The translations under genes were made by a program, and so were the position numbers. Source: Anaerolineae bacterium (lineage in GTDB: Bacteria; Chloroflexota; Anaerolineae; S140-20). Taken from it: 21,474 bases of DNA. Shown piece by piece: positions 1 to 10,175 of this stretch; the stretch's first letter is position 1, and every line of letters starts with the position of its first letter. Below the pieces are notes generated by a model that saw nothing but the letters and a program-made list of their open reading frames with translations, was not told the DNA's origin and did no database searches. Location: assembly GCA_027021705.1 (NCBI GenBank), contig JALUTT010000178.1, positions 1 to 21,474 of the forward strand, written 5' to 3'.

Positions 1-55
1 CGTGCAGGTACTCCCTTTCCTCTTCTGTGAGACGAACTATGTATCTCTTGTTCAT
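1..55 (-). mobile_element. 5' end of a probable IS630-family transposase (HTH N-terminus), truncated by the window edge
   Basis: Reverse strand reads GGAGG-N7-ATG then MNKRYIVRLTEEEREYLH, which resembles the 'YIVRLTxEER' N-termini of IS630-family transposases. The AT-richer tract ends at ...GACAAGCCAC|TA (124-126), consistent with a TA target. Only 18 codons are visible. Confidence 0.6.
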
Positions 56-90
56 GGAACCACCTCCGAGAAGAATTGATTTCTCCCCGG

Positions 91-119
91 AGTATAACTC
101 ATAAAATCAAGTTTGACAA
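91..119 (-). promoter_or_regulatory. Sigma70-type promoter for the putative transposase
   Basis: Minus strand TTGTCA (119-114), 17 nt, TATACT (96-91), about 35 nt upstream of the ATG at 55. Confidence 0.55.
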
Positions 120-131
120 GCCACTAGGGGC

Positions 132-415
132 TAGGGGCGAAAAATGGGGGGGGCGAAAAATGTTTCGCCCCTACACGGCCCCAATGTCGTGGACCCGGAT
201 GTAGGGGCGAAAAACCTTTCGCCCATAGGGGCGAAAAACGGGGGGCGAAAAATGTTTCGCCCCTACACGGCCCCAATGTCGTGGACCCGGATGTAGGGGC
301 GAAAAACCTTTCGCCCATAGGGGCGAAAAACGGGGGGCGAAAAATGTTTCGCCCCTACACGGCCCCAATGTCGTGGACCCGGATGTAGGGGCGAAAAACC
401 TTTCGCCCATAGGGG
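132..415. repeat. About 3 tandem copies of a 92-bp unit, each containing an inverted pair of GTAG-type REP palindromes (BIME-like)
   Basis: TGTTTCGCCC starts at 161, 253 and 345 (period 92). Each unit has GGGGCGAAAAATGTTTCGCCCCTAC and GTAGGGGCGAAAAACCTTTCGCCC separated by an identical linker. Confidence 0.85.
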
Positions 416-441
416 TTCACACCCACAAATTCAGGGTTGAC

Positions 442-593
442 GGTCCGCTAGGTCGCCAGGCCGCTAGGCCGCTTGATCGGCGGTCAGCGGTCAGCCGTCG
501 GCGGTCTCGCTTGGTCGCGTGGTCGGGTGGTCACTTGGCCCTTGCCGCTTGGCCCTTGCCTCTTGTTCCTTGCCGCTTGGCCCCTGCCCCTTG
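442..593. repeat. Mosaic short tandem repeats: degenerate 8-mers, CGGTCAG heptamers, then 9x NNNCTTG heptamers (531-593)
   Basis: tcacttg gcccttg ccgcttg gcccttg cctcttg ttccttg ccgcttg gcccctg ccccttg, preceded by aggccgct/tggtcgcg-type octamers. Confidence 0.8.
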
Positions 594-601
594 CGCCGGG
601 G

Positions 602-1054
602 GTGTTGCGGGAGCGGGGGGTGGGAGAAGAGGTCGAGGCGGCGCTGGCCTTGTTCGCCAGCTTCGTGATGGAGCCGGAGCAAGTACGGCAGATTGTGAGG
701 TGGGATATGGCCGTTCTGAAGGAATCACCCTGGTACAAGCAAATCCTAGAAGAGGGCCTCCAGCAGGGCCTCCAGCAGGGCCTCCAGCAAGGGCTCCAGC
801 AGGGCCTCCAGCAAGGGCTCCAGCGGGGACGCCAGGAGGGATTGCGGCAGGGGGTGCTGGAAGGCCGGCGGGAGGACATCCTGCACCTGCTGCGGGTGCG
901 GTTCGACCCCACCGGGCCGGCGCTGGAGTCCATTGCTGAGCGGTTGGCGGCCATCGAGGATGCCGGTCTGCTCCAGGACCTGCTGGTGGCGGCAATACAG
1001 GTCGAAAGCCTGGACGTCTTCCAACGGAGGTTGCCAGAAGTCGGTGGAGAGTGA
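602..1054 (+). pseudogene. C-terminal fragment of an Rpn/YhgA-like protein (DUF4351-type tail); probable small protein from ATG 707 (115 aa)
   Basis: Contains 'MAVLKESPWYKQILEEG(LQQG)n...EGRREDILHLLRVRF...L.DLL.AA', typical of Rpn C-termini. No PD-(D/E)XK nuclease N-terminus is visible; upstream the frame runs into tandem repeats. GAGGTGG precedes ATG 707. Confidence 0.7.
755..826 (+). repeat. 12-bp coding repeat encoding (GLQQ)5-GLQR
   Basis: GG(C/G)CTCCAGCA(G/A) repeated, six units including the final GLQR. Confidence 0.9.
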
Positions 1055-1088
1055 CGCCGGCATCGGCCTGGAAGCGCCGGTGGAGGAG

Positions 1089-2896
<1,808 letters not shown>

Positions 2897-2897
<1 letters not shown>

Positions 2898-3118
2898 TGG
2901 ATTTGACTTGCGTTTACGTGGCCCAGGGGCTGACCGAGGCTGAGGTGATCAAGGCCAAACTGGAGGCCAACGAGATCCCGGTCCTATTGCAGTACGAGAG
3001 CCTGGGGCCTGTCATCGGCCTGACGCTGGATGGGCTGGGTGAGGTGCGCGTGATGGTGCCAACCCGTTTAGCTACTCTGGCCCAGGAACTTCTGGAAGAG
3101 GCTCCGACGGTAGAGTAG
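2897..3118 (+). CDS. DUF2007-like small protein
   Basis: EAEVIKAKLEANEIPV...GEVRVMVP motif. The ATG overlaps the lepA stop (TGATG) and follows a GGAGGA RBS. Confidence 0.8.
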
Positions 3119-3137
3119 ACACGACCTGTTGGCCGTG

Positions 3138-4034
3138 ATGTCTGAGGAGAGGTTGATCTGCCGTCACTGCGGTGGCCCCATCGCCGTGCCGGCCTCCCGC
3201 TGCCCCTGGTGTGGCCGGCAGGTCATGGTCATCTGTGCGGCCTGCAAGGCTTACACCGACGACACCCAGGAGACTTGCCAGGTCTGCGGAGCCCCGCTGG
3301 TTGTGGACACGATGGAACGGGTCCGCACCCTCCCCGATCCCCTCTACCACTTGGTGCGGGATCAGGCGCGGGCACGCCTGCTGACCAGCACCCTGGTGGC
3401 CTTGCACGTGAAGACCTTCTTCTTCGGCGGTGGGGTTCAGCGCCAGGGTCTCCTGGCCCTCCTCTTTGGTCGCCCGACGGCGCGCGCCCTGGCCGCTGCC
3501 CTTGTCTTCGCTGCCTACGCTCACCTGAGCCGCGAGGGGTACATCGTCGTAGGGGAGCCGGCAGAGGTGGATACGGCGGAAGTGTCCGGGGGCCAAGAGC
3601 CATCCGGGCTGCCCTTGCGGGTGGCTGCCACCTGGGATGGGCCGGAGAGGAGCCTGGAAGGGGAGCTCTAGCAGCAGGCGACCTGGACCCGGACGACCCA
3701 GGCGGCCACCCGCGCCCTCGTCGCCCGGCTGATGGGATTCCGTCCTCAAGTACGGGGGCTGCGCTACCGCACCGGCTGGAACCTGCGCACTCGCATCACC
3801 GATCGGTCGGAGCGGGACTACGCCACTGCCATCGTGCACTTGGCCCGGCTGACGCCCCGGCCCGACTACGAGCCGGCTCCTGCTTGCCAGGAGGCTCAGA
3901 AGCGGTTGACCGCCTTCATCCGGGAATCGCCGGCCCGAGCCAAAGCGCTGGTCCGGGAGACCCGATCCGTGATGGACTGGTTTGAAGCCTATCAGCGCGA
4001 TCCCCATATCGTCCTGCGCCGCCGGCAGCTATGA
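3138..4034 (+). pseudogene. Double zinc-ribbon domain protein interrupted by one in-frame TAG (3669-3671)
   Basis: Four CxxC pairs (CRHC, CPWC, CAAC, CQVC). ORFs 3129..3671 and 3732..4034 are in the same frame, and the codons between them are open apart from the TAG. Confidence 0.7.
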
Positions 4035-7000
4035 GGCCAGCGGCAGGGTGATGGTGAAGGTGCTCCCCTCGCCCTCCTTGCTCTCCAGGTGGATCTCCCC
4101 CCCGTGAGCTGCGATAATCTCCTGGACCAGGGCCAGCCCGATCCCCATCCCCCCGAAGCGCCGAGAGGCCGAGCCGTCCACCTGGTAGAAGCGCTCGAAG
4201 ATCCGCTCCTGGTGCTCTGGGGGGATGCCGATCCCCTCGTCGCGGACCGCCAGCTTCGCCTGATCTCCCTCCTGCCAGACCCGCAGGGTGACCTTGCCTC
4301 CACCGGGGCTAAACTTGATGGCGTTGTCCAGGAGGTGGACGATGGCCAGGCTCAGCCGCTCCGGGTCCCCTTTCACCTGAGGGGTGGCCTCTGACTGGAA
4401 GTGAAGGCCGACGCCGACCTGGTCTGCCCAGACCTGGAACTGACTCAGGGCCTCCTGAGCCACCTCGACCAGGGAGAGGGGCACCATCACCAGCGTGCCC
4501 GAGGGGATGGTTTTCAGCGAAGTTAGGTTGTAGATCAGCCGGGAGAGGACGGTCGCCCGGTCCCCCACCACCTCCAGCGCTTGCCGCTGAGCGTCTGTGA
4601 GCGGCCCCAGTGTCCCCCCCAGGAGCAACTCCGTGTAGCCCTTGATGAGGGAGAGGGGAGTGCGCAGTTCGTGGGAGACGTTCTGCACTAGCTCCGTGCG
4701 CAGCCGGTCGGCCTCCTGAAGTTCTTCGTAGGCTCGCTGGAGCTCAGCAGTGTAGGCCTCCAGGTTCTCGTAGAGGCGGGCGTTCTCCACGGCGATGGCG
4801 GCGGAGGATGAGAGGGACTCCAGCAGTTGCTGGTCCCGGGACGTAAACTCCCCCTCTCGCTTGTTCATCACCTCGATCACCCCCAGCGTGCGCCCTTTGG
4901 CTTGGAGGGGGACGCACAGGATGGAACGGGTGGTGAAGCCACTGGCCTTGTCCACATCCGGGCAGAAGCGGGAGTCGGCTCGCGCCTCAGGGACCCGCAG
5001 GGGCTTGCCCTCCCGGGCGACCCATCCGGCGATCCCTTCGCCCAGCCGCAGTGTCCAGCCGACCACCGTCTCCGAACCGGCCCCGACGGAAGCTCGGAAG
5101 ACCAGGCTCTCCCCGTCCGGCTCGAGCAGGGCCACCGAACTGGCCTCGCATCCCAGCAACTCGTTCGCTTTTTCCAAGATGAGGTCCAGGACCGATTGGA
5201 GCCGCAGGGTGGAGGTGATCGCCTGACCCACCTCGTTGAGGAAAGCCATCTCCTGAGCCCGCTGGTGCACCTGGGTGAAGAGGCGGGCGTTCTCGATGGC
5301 GATGGCTGCCGGCCCGGCCAGGGAGTTCAGCAATCGCAGGTCATCGTCGGTGAAGGGGCCGTCCGCTTTGTTGAGCATCTCGATCACCCCGATCACCTGT
5401 CCTCGGACGATGAGGGGGACGGCCAGGATGGAGCGGACGGGGAGCCCCGTCTTGCCCTCGATCTGGCGGTAGTAGCGGTGGTCGGCGTGGGGATCGGCGA
5501 TGGAGAGGGGCTGTCCGTGCTGCACTACCCAGCCGGCGATGCTCTCTTCCACGGGGATGCGCATATCCTTCAGGGTAGAGGCCGCCTCGCCGGTGGAGAC
5601 GGCGAAGCGGAGGGTGTCGGTTTCCTCTTCGTAGAGGAGGACCGAACCGAGCTCCACGCCCAGCACCCGCTGGGCCTGGCGGATGATGCTGGTGAGCACC
5701 TGGTCCATCTCCAGGCTGGAGGTGATGATCTGGCTGGCTTCGTCTAGCAGGGCCAGCTCGTCGGCCCGGCGCTGGGCGCGGGCGTAGAGGTGAGCGTTCT
5801 CCAGGGCGACGCCCAGTTGAGCCGCCACTGCCGAGAGGATTTGCAGGTCGGCTTGGGTGAAGGCATTGAGCCGGGGACTCTCCGCGTTGAGGACGCCGAC
5901 GACCCGGTCCTCCACTTTGAGGGGCACGCAGAGTTCGGAACGGGTGTCGGGGAGCACTTCGTAATAGAAGGGCACCTCCCGCACGTCGGAGATGAGCAAC
6001 GGCCGCCCGGTGCGGAAGACCCGACCGCTCACGCTCCGTTCGGTGGGGATCCGCTGGCCCTGAATGGGGGTGAAGCCGATCATCGAAGGGTGGGGGACCA
6101 GGTAACGCTCCCCGGCGTCAGCGGGATCGGGCAGGAGACAGGCCAGTCGCTCGATCCCCAGCCGCTCGTGGAGAACCTGTAGGGCTCGGGTCAGCACCTG
6201 GTCGAAGTCCAGCGTGGAGGTGGTGGCCAGCATCACCTCGTGCAGGATCGAGGTCTCGGCCAGTTGGCGGGCCATTGCCCGTTGGAGGCGGCTGTTCTCC
6301 AGCACGACGGCCATCTGCTCGGTGATGGCGGTTAGCAGGGCCAGGTCACCGGGGGTGAAAAGGCGGGGGTGGGAGGAGCCGATGCCTAGCAGGCCGGCCA
6401 GCTTGCCCTGGATCATCACCGGAATGGCGGCAAAGGCCCCCAGGCTGGAGAGGCCGATGGCCTCCGAGTCCAGGGCGGCCGAGGTCTGGGGGTGTTCCAA
6501 TACCCAGGACTGGCCCTGACGGAGCCGGTGAGGGGGTGTTTCCCGGAGCACCGTCCGCCGGAGCCATTCCACAAAGGCGGGAGGGAAGCCCCGCGAGGCG
6601 ACGACTTCCAGGTTCTCCTCGTCTTCAGAGAGGAGCATTAGGACGCCCCGATCTACGCTCAGGGCGTTGAGGATGGCGTCCAGGGAGCGGCCCAGCACCG
6701 TCTTCAGGTCAGGGGTGGCGCCGGAGGCGGAAGCGAGGGCGTAGAGGGCGGCGGATTCGGCGTCGGGCCGGCGGCGGGAGAGACGAAGAGCCGGCGCTCC
6801 CTCCTCGACCGGCAGCCCCATCGTCCGGCGGATGGCGGCCACCAACTGCTGGCTGGTGGCCTCCTTGGAGACGACGGCGTCGGCCTGGTTGCCCAAGGAT
6901 GGAGCTCCGGAGGGGACCTGGTCGAAAAGATCTCCCGGCAGGGTCTCGGGATCGGAGAGGAGGATGACCTGGATGCCGGGTTGGATCGCTTTCAGGGCGC

Positions 7001-7217
7001 GGGTGGCAGCCGGCCCGTCCAAGCGGGGCATGTGGAAGTCCATCAGGACGACGTCGGGGGACAGTTCGCGGGCTCGGGCCAGGGCCTCCAGGCCATCAGC
7101 CGCCTCCCCCACGACCTCCATATGAGGCTGGGCGGCGATCAACCCGCGCAGGGCACGTCGGAAGCTAGGGTTATCGTCAACGATGAGCAGGCGGATCTCG
7201 TCCATAGAAGCCCCCAT
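4029..7217 (-). CDS. Hybrid sensor histidine kinase: N-terminal receiver, 4 GAF domains, HisKA, HATPase_c (start may be ATG 7205)
   Basis: LLIVDD...PDVVLMD receiver; four segments ending in A.A.EN(A/S).L; H-box SHELRTPL; N-box NAIKF; G boxes DEGIGIP and GMGIGL. Confidence 0.93.
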   Translation of the reverse strand: MGASMDEIRLLIVDDNPSFRRALRGLIAAQPHMEVVGEAADGLEALARARELSPDVVLMDFHMPRLDGPAATRALKAIQPGIQVILLSDPETLPGDLFDQVPSGAPSLGNQADAVVSKEATSQQLVAAIRRTMGLPVEEGAPALRLSRRRPDAESAALYALASASGATPDLKTVLGRSLDAILNALSVDRGVLMLLSEDEENLEVVASRGFPPAFVEWLRRTVLRETPPHRLRQGQSWVLEHPQTSAALDSEAIGLSSLGAFAAIPVMIQGKLAGLLGIGSSHPRLFTPGDLALLTAITEQMAVVLENSRLQRAMARQLAETSILHEVMLATTSTLDFDQVLTRALQVLHERLGIERLACLLPDPADAGERYLVPHPSMIGFTPIQGQRIPTERSVSGRVFRTGRPLLISDVREVPFYYEVLPDTRSELCVPLKVEDRVVGVLNAESPRLNAFTQADLQILSAVAAQLGVALENAHLYARAQRRADELALLDEASQIITSSLEMDQVLTSIIRQAQRVLGVELGSVLLYEEETDTLRFAVSTGEAASTLKDMRIPVEESIAGWVVQHGQPLSIADPHADHRYYRQIEGKTGLPVRSILAVPLIVRGQVIGVIEMLNKADGPFTDDDLRLLNSLAGPAAIAIENARLFTQVHQRAQEMAFLNEVGQAITSTLRLQSVLDLILEKANELLGCEASSVALLEPDGESLVFRASVGAGSETVVGWTLRLGEGIAGWVAREGKPLRVPEARADSRFCPDVDKASGFTTRSILCVPLQAKGRTLGVIEVMNKREGEFTSRDQQLLESLSSSAAIAVENARLYENLEAYTAELQRAYEELQEADRLRTELVQNVSHELRTPLSLIKGYTELLLGGTLGPLTDAQRQALEVVGDRATVLSRLIYNLTSLKTIPSGTLVMVPLSLVEVAQEALSQFQVWADQVGVGLHFQSEATPQVKGDPERLSLAIVHLLDNAIKFSPGGGKVTLRVWQEGDQAKLAVRDEGIGIPPEHQERIFERFYQVDGSASRRFGGMGIGLALVQEIIAAHGGEIHLESKEGEGSTFTITLPLAS

Positions 7218-7340
7218 AGCAAACGCCAGGCACCCTCATCCGCGCCCCTTCGAACTACCCGTGGAGTGTTCCCCGCGTCGTTAGAGCGGTTCCCGGCGGC
7301 CTCAGGTGCCTGGCACCTTGCTTGTGATCTGCTGCTGTAG

Positions 7341-7369
7341 ATTATACTCGCGAAGGCTCAGTTGTACAA
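7341..7369 (-). promoter_or_regulatory. Sigma70-type promoter upstream of the kinase
   Basis: Minus strand TTGTAC (7369-7364), 17 nt, TATAAT (7346-7341). Confidence 0.6.
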
Positions 7370-7435
7370 GGGGGCAACCCCTGGTAATCCTGTCGCAGTG
7401 TGGGTTCCCAAATTCGTCTGGGCTGCCGCAGCGCC

Positions 7436-7504
7436 GGGGTAGCAATGGAAAGCCGCCCTACGCTGTTCCGTGTCGTGTCGTAGGGCGGGTCTCCATACCC
7501 GCTC
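7436..7504. repeat. Inverted pair of GTAG-type REP-like palindromes
   Basis: Plus strand GTAGGGCGGGTCTCCATACCCGC (from 7480; stem GCGGGT/ACCCGC) and minus strand GTAGGGCGGCTTTCCATTGC (from 7461). Confidence 0.6.
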
Positions 7505-7511
7505 ATACAAG

Positions 7512-10094
7512 TTACCACCGCAGCACCAACGGCAGGTAGGTCCTGTGTTCGTGGATGATGGTGATGGATCGAACCCGGCTGACTGCGCCACCGCAGTTCC
7601 GGGCGGTGACGGTGATCTGTTGGGTGCCGGTGACGTTCCAGGTGAAAGCGACGGCGTCGCTCAGGCCGGCGCCGCCGTGGACGACGGACGACTGGCCCGT
7701 CGCCTGCCAAGTGTAGGTGATCGGCAGCGTGGCCGTGGGCGGGCTGACGGTGGCGGCGAAGGTGTGGGCCGTGCCGCTGATGCCTATGGCAGGGCCGGTA
7801 ACCGCGACGTCGGTCAGGGCGTAACAGGGAGGTGGGGGGGCTTGGAGGGTGATGAGGTGGGTGTCGCTGACCGTCCCGCCCCAGTTCCGAGCTGTGACGG
7901 TGATCTGCTGGGTGCCGCTGACCTGCCAGGTGAAGGTCACCGTGTCGCTCAGGCCAGCCCCACCGTGGACGACGGGGGGCTGGCCCGTCGCCTGCCAGGT
8001 ATAGGTGATCGGCAGCGTGGCCGTGGGCGGGCTGACGGTGGCGGTGAAGGTGTAGGCAGTGCCGCTGAGGCCCGCCGTGGGGCCGACGATGGTCACCCCT
8101 GTCGGCGGCCGGACGACGATGGTGATGGCGTGGGTGTCGCTGGCCGTCCCGCCCTGGTTCTGGGCCGTGACGGTGATCCACTGGATGCCGCCGACCTGCC
8201 AGGTGAAGGTCACCGTGTCGCTCAGACCGGCCCCGCCGTGGACGACGGGCGGCTGGCCCGTCGCCTGCCAGGTGTAGGTGATCGGCAGGACGAGGGTGGC
8301 CGTCGGGGGGGCGGTGGTGGCGGTGAAGGTGTAGGCGGTGCCACCGAGGCCCGTCGTGGGGCCGGCGATGGCCACCTCCGTCGGCCCTGGGATGACGATG
8401 GTGATGGCGTGAGTGTCGCTCACCGTGCCGCCGCAGCTCTGGACGGTGACGGTGACCCGCTGGGTGCCGCTGACGTTCCAGGTGAAGGCGACGGCGTCGC
8501 TCAGGCCGGCGCCACCGTGGACGACGGGCGGCTGCCCCGTCGCCTGCCAGGTGTAGGTCATCGGCAGGGTGGCCGTGGGCGGGCTGACGGTGGCGGTGAA
8601 GGTGTAGGCGGTGCCGCCGAGGCCCGCCGTGGGGCCGGTGACGATCACCCCCGTCATCGGCCGGCAGATGCGCTCGTCGGCGCCCAGGTCGTAGCCCAGG
8701 CCCATTGGCCGGGGGTCGCCGTCCACGTCGGTGGTCACGCCGGCGTCGAGCCCCCGGTCTATGGCCGCCGAGCCGGTCAGCAGGTGATAGCCGTCGGCGG
8801 CCAGGGCGGGGCTGCCCGTGTAGGCGTAGGTGACGCTGATGGCCCCCTCGCCGCCGATGTTCAGCCCGTTGTTGTACCACAACACCCCCCTCACCACGGC
8901 CGAGCCGTTCATCGGCACGGTGATGCCCACGGTGTGGCTGACCACGATGGCGTTGGTCATCGTGATCACGCCTTCCAGGATGTAGACGCCGCTGCCGTCG
9001 CCGCCGTAGTTGTGGAAGAGGGTGGTGTGCGTCAGGTACGAAGCGCCCAGGTCCAGGGCCAGGGCCGCCCCGCCGGAATCGGCGGTAGGCCCGCTGACGT
9101 TGCTCACCAGGACCGTGTTGACCAGCCGGGCATTGCTGTCTAGCCCCAGCATCAGGCCGCCCCCCAACCCTTGGTCTACGGTGCTGGCCGCATTCTCCCG
9201 CACGATGTTCCCCTCCAGGAGGGGGGCGGCGGAGTCCACGTAGATGCCTCCACCCACGCCGTAGCCGGCACGGCTGGCGGTGTTGTTCCGCACCACGTTG
9301 CCGATCAGGGTGGCGTCGCCCTCGGCGATGAAGATCCCACCTCCTTGGCCGCTTGGCCCCACCGTGGTGCTCATCCCGGCGGTGTTGCTGAGGATGGTGT
9401 TGCGGACCAGGGTGCCGGTGCTCCTGAGCAGGTAGACGCCCCCGCCGCTGGCCAGACCGTTGCGGCCGGCGACGTTGCTGTAAATGGTGCAGGAGCTGAT
9501 GGTGACCGTGGCGGTGACGACGTAGACGCCGCCGCCGGCACCGTCGTAGCTCGGGCCACTGCCCCCCAATCCGGTAGCGTCCCCGCCGGTCAGGCGCAGC
9601 CCCTCGATGGTGGGGGTGACCGCCCCGACGACGACCAGCACCCGGCCCTGCCCCTGGGCGTCCAGCGTGGTGGGGTAGGAGATGGGGTTGGACGTGGTCC
9701 AGTCGGTGGTGGTGTAGCCGCCCCGGAGGGTGAGGCTCTTGCTGATGTAGACCACCTGGGTGATGAGGCCGCTGCCCGGCGGGTTGGGGTAGCCGCCGGG
9801 GGCCGGACGGCCCTGGACGCCGCTGTAGGTGCCGGCGGCCACCTTGATGAGGTCGTTAGGATCGTCCACCGCGTCCACGGCCGCCTGGACGCTGGTGTAG
9901 CAGGGGGTGACCGAGAGCCCCGTGCAGTCGGGGGCGACGTAGTAGGTGCTGTAGCCGTCGGGGCCCTGGGCCCGGACGACGGGGGGCCGGCTCGTCCAGC
10001 TCCCCAGCAGGGCCAGGGTGGCGGCCACGAGCCCCAGACCGATGAGCACGCTCAAGGGGATGCGCAGCCCCGATCGCTTGATGAACCCACTCAT
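7512..10094 (-). CDS. Secreted right-handed beta-helix (pectin-lyase-like) protein with four PKD/Ig-like repeats and a C-terminal YLPLV motif
   Basis: Signal peptide; GGG(V/I)Y..N.A parallel beta-helix repeats; 'DYHLLTGSAAIDRG-like...D.DG.PRP...DLGADE' segment; four ~87-aa repeats; ends TYLPLVLRW; AAGGAGAG RBS. Confidence 0.85.
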   Translation of the reverse strand: MSGFIKRSGLRIPLSVLIGLGLVAATLALLGSWTSRPPVVRAQGPDGYSTYYVAPDCTGLSVTPCYTSVQAAVDAVDDPNDLIKVAAGTYSGVQGRPAPGGYPNPPGSGLITQVVYISKSLTLRGGYTTTDWTTSNPISYPTTLDAQGQGRVLVVVGAVTPTIEGLRLTGGDATGLGGSGPSYDGAGGGVYVVTATVTISSCTIYSNVAGRNGLASGGGVYLLRSTGTLVRNTILSNTAGMSTTVGPSGQGGGIFIAEGDATLIGNVVRNNTASRAGYGVGGGIYVDSAAPLLEGNIVRENAASTVDQGLGGGLMLGLDSNARLVNTVLVSNVSGPTADSGGAALALDLGASYLTHTTLFHNYGGDGSGVYILEGVITMTNAIVVSHTVGITVPMNGSAVVRGVLWYNNGLNIGGEGAISVTYAYTGSPALAADGYHLLTGSAAIDRGLDAGVTTDVDGDPRPMGLGYDLGADERICRPMTGVIVTGPTAGLGGTAYTFTATVSPPTATLPMTYTWQATGQPPVVHGGAGLSDAVAFTWNVSGTQRVTVTVQSCGGTVSDTHAITIVIPGPTEVAIAGPTTGLGGTAYTFTATTAPPTATLVLPITYTWQATGQPPVVHGGAGLSDTVTFTWQVGGIQWITVTAQNQGGTASDTHAITIVVRPPTGVTIVGPTAGLSGTAYTFTATVSPPTATLPITYTWQATGQPPVVHGGAGLSDTVTFTWQVSGTQQITVTARNWGGTVSDTHLITLQAPPPPCYALTDVAVTGPAIGISGTAHTFAATVSPPTATLPITYTWQATGQSSVVHGGAGLSDAVAFTWNVTGTQQITVTARNCGGAVSRVRSITIIHEHRTYLPLVLRW
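7560..8660 (-). repeat. Four ~260-bp intragenic repeats encoding PKD-like domains
   Basis: GP..G..GTA.TF.AT..PPTATL..P.TYTWQATGQ..VVHGGAGLSD.V.FTW occurs four times with near-identical DNA. Confidence 0.9.
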
Positions 10095-10120
10095 CTCTTC
10101 TCTCCTTTCCCTACGCGAAT

Positions 10121-10175
10121 TGCTGTGCCGCTATGTCGCTACGCCGCTATGTCGCCAGCCGCTATGCCGCTATCT
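10121..10175. repeat. Octamer tandem array (CGCTATGY-like) overlapping the pyrC stop
   Basis: tgctgtgc cgctatgt cgctacgc cgctatgt cgccagc cgctatgc cgctatct. Confidence 0.75.

Noticed and set aside
124..410. ORFs 124..318 and 171..410
   Set aside because: They are translations of the 92-bp repeat with no RBS or recognisable domain.
132..415. CRISPR array
   Set aside because: The sequences between the palindromes are identical rather than unique spacers, the repeats alternate in orientation, and no cas genes are present. A REP/BIME tandem fits better.
3669..3671. Genome-wide TAG recoding
   Set aside because: TAG ends several other genes at their expected C-termini, and only one internal TAG is seen.
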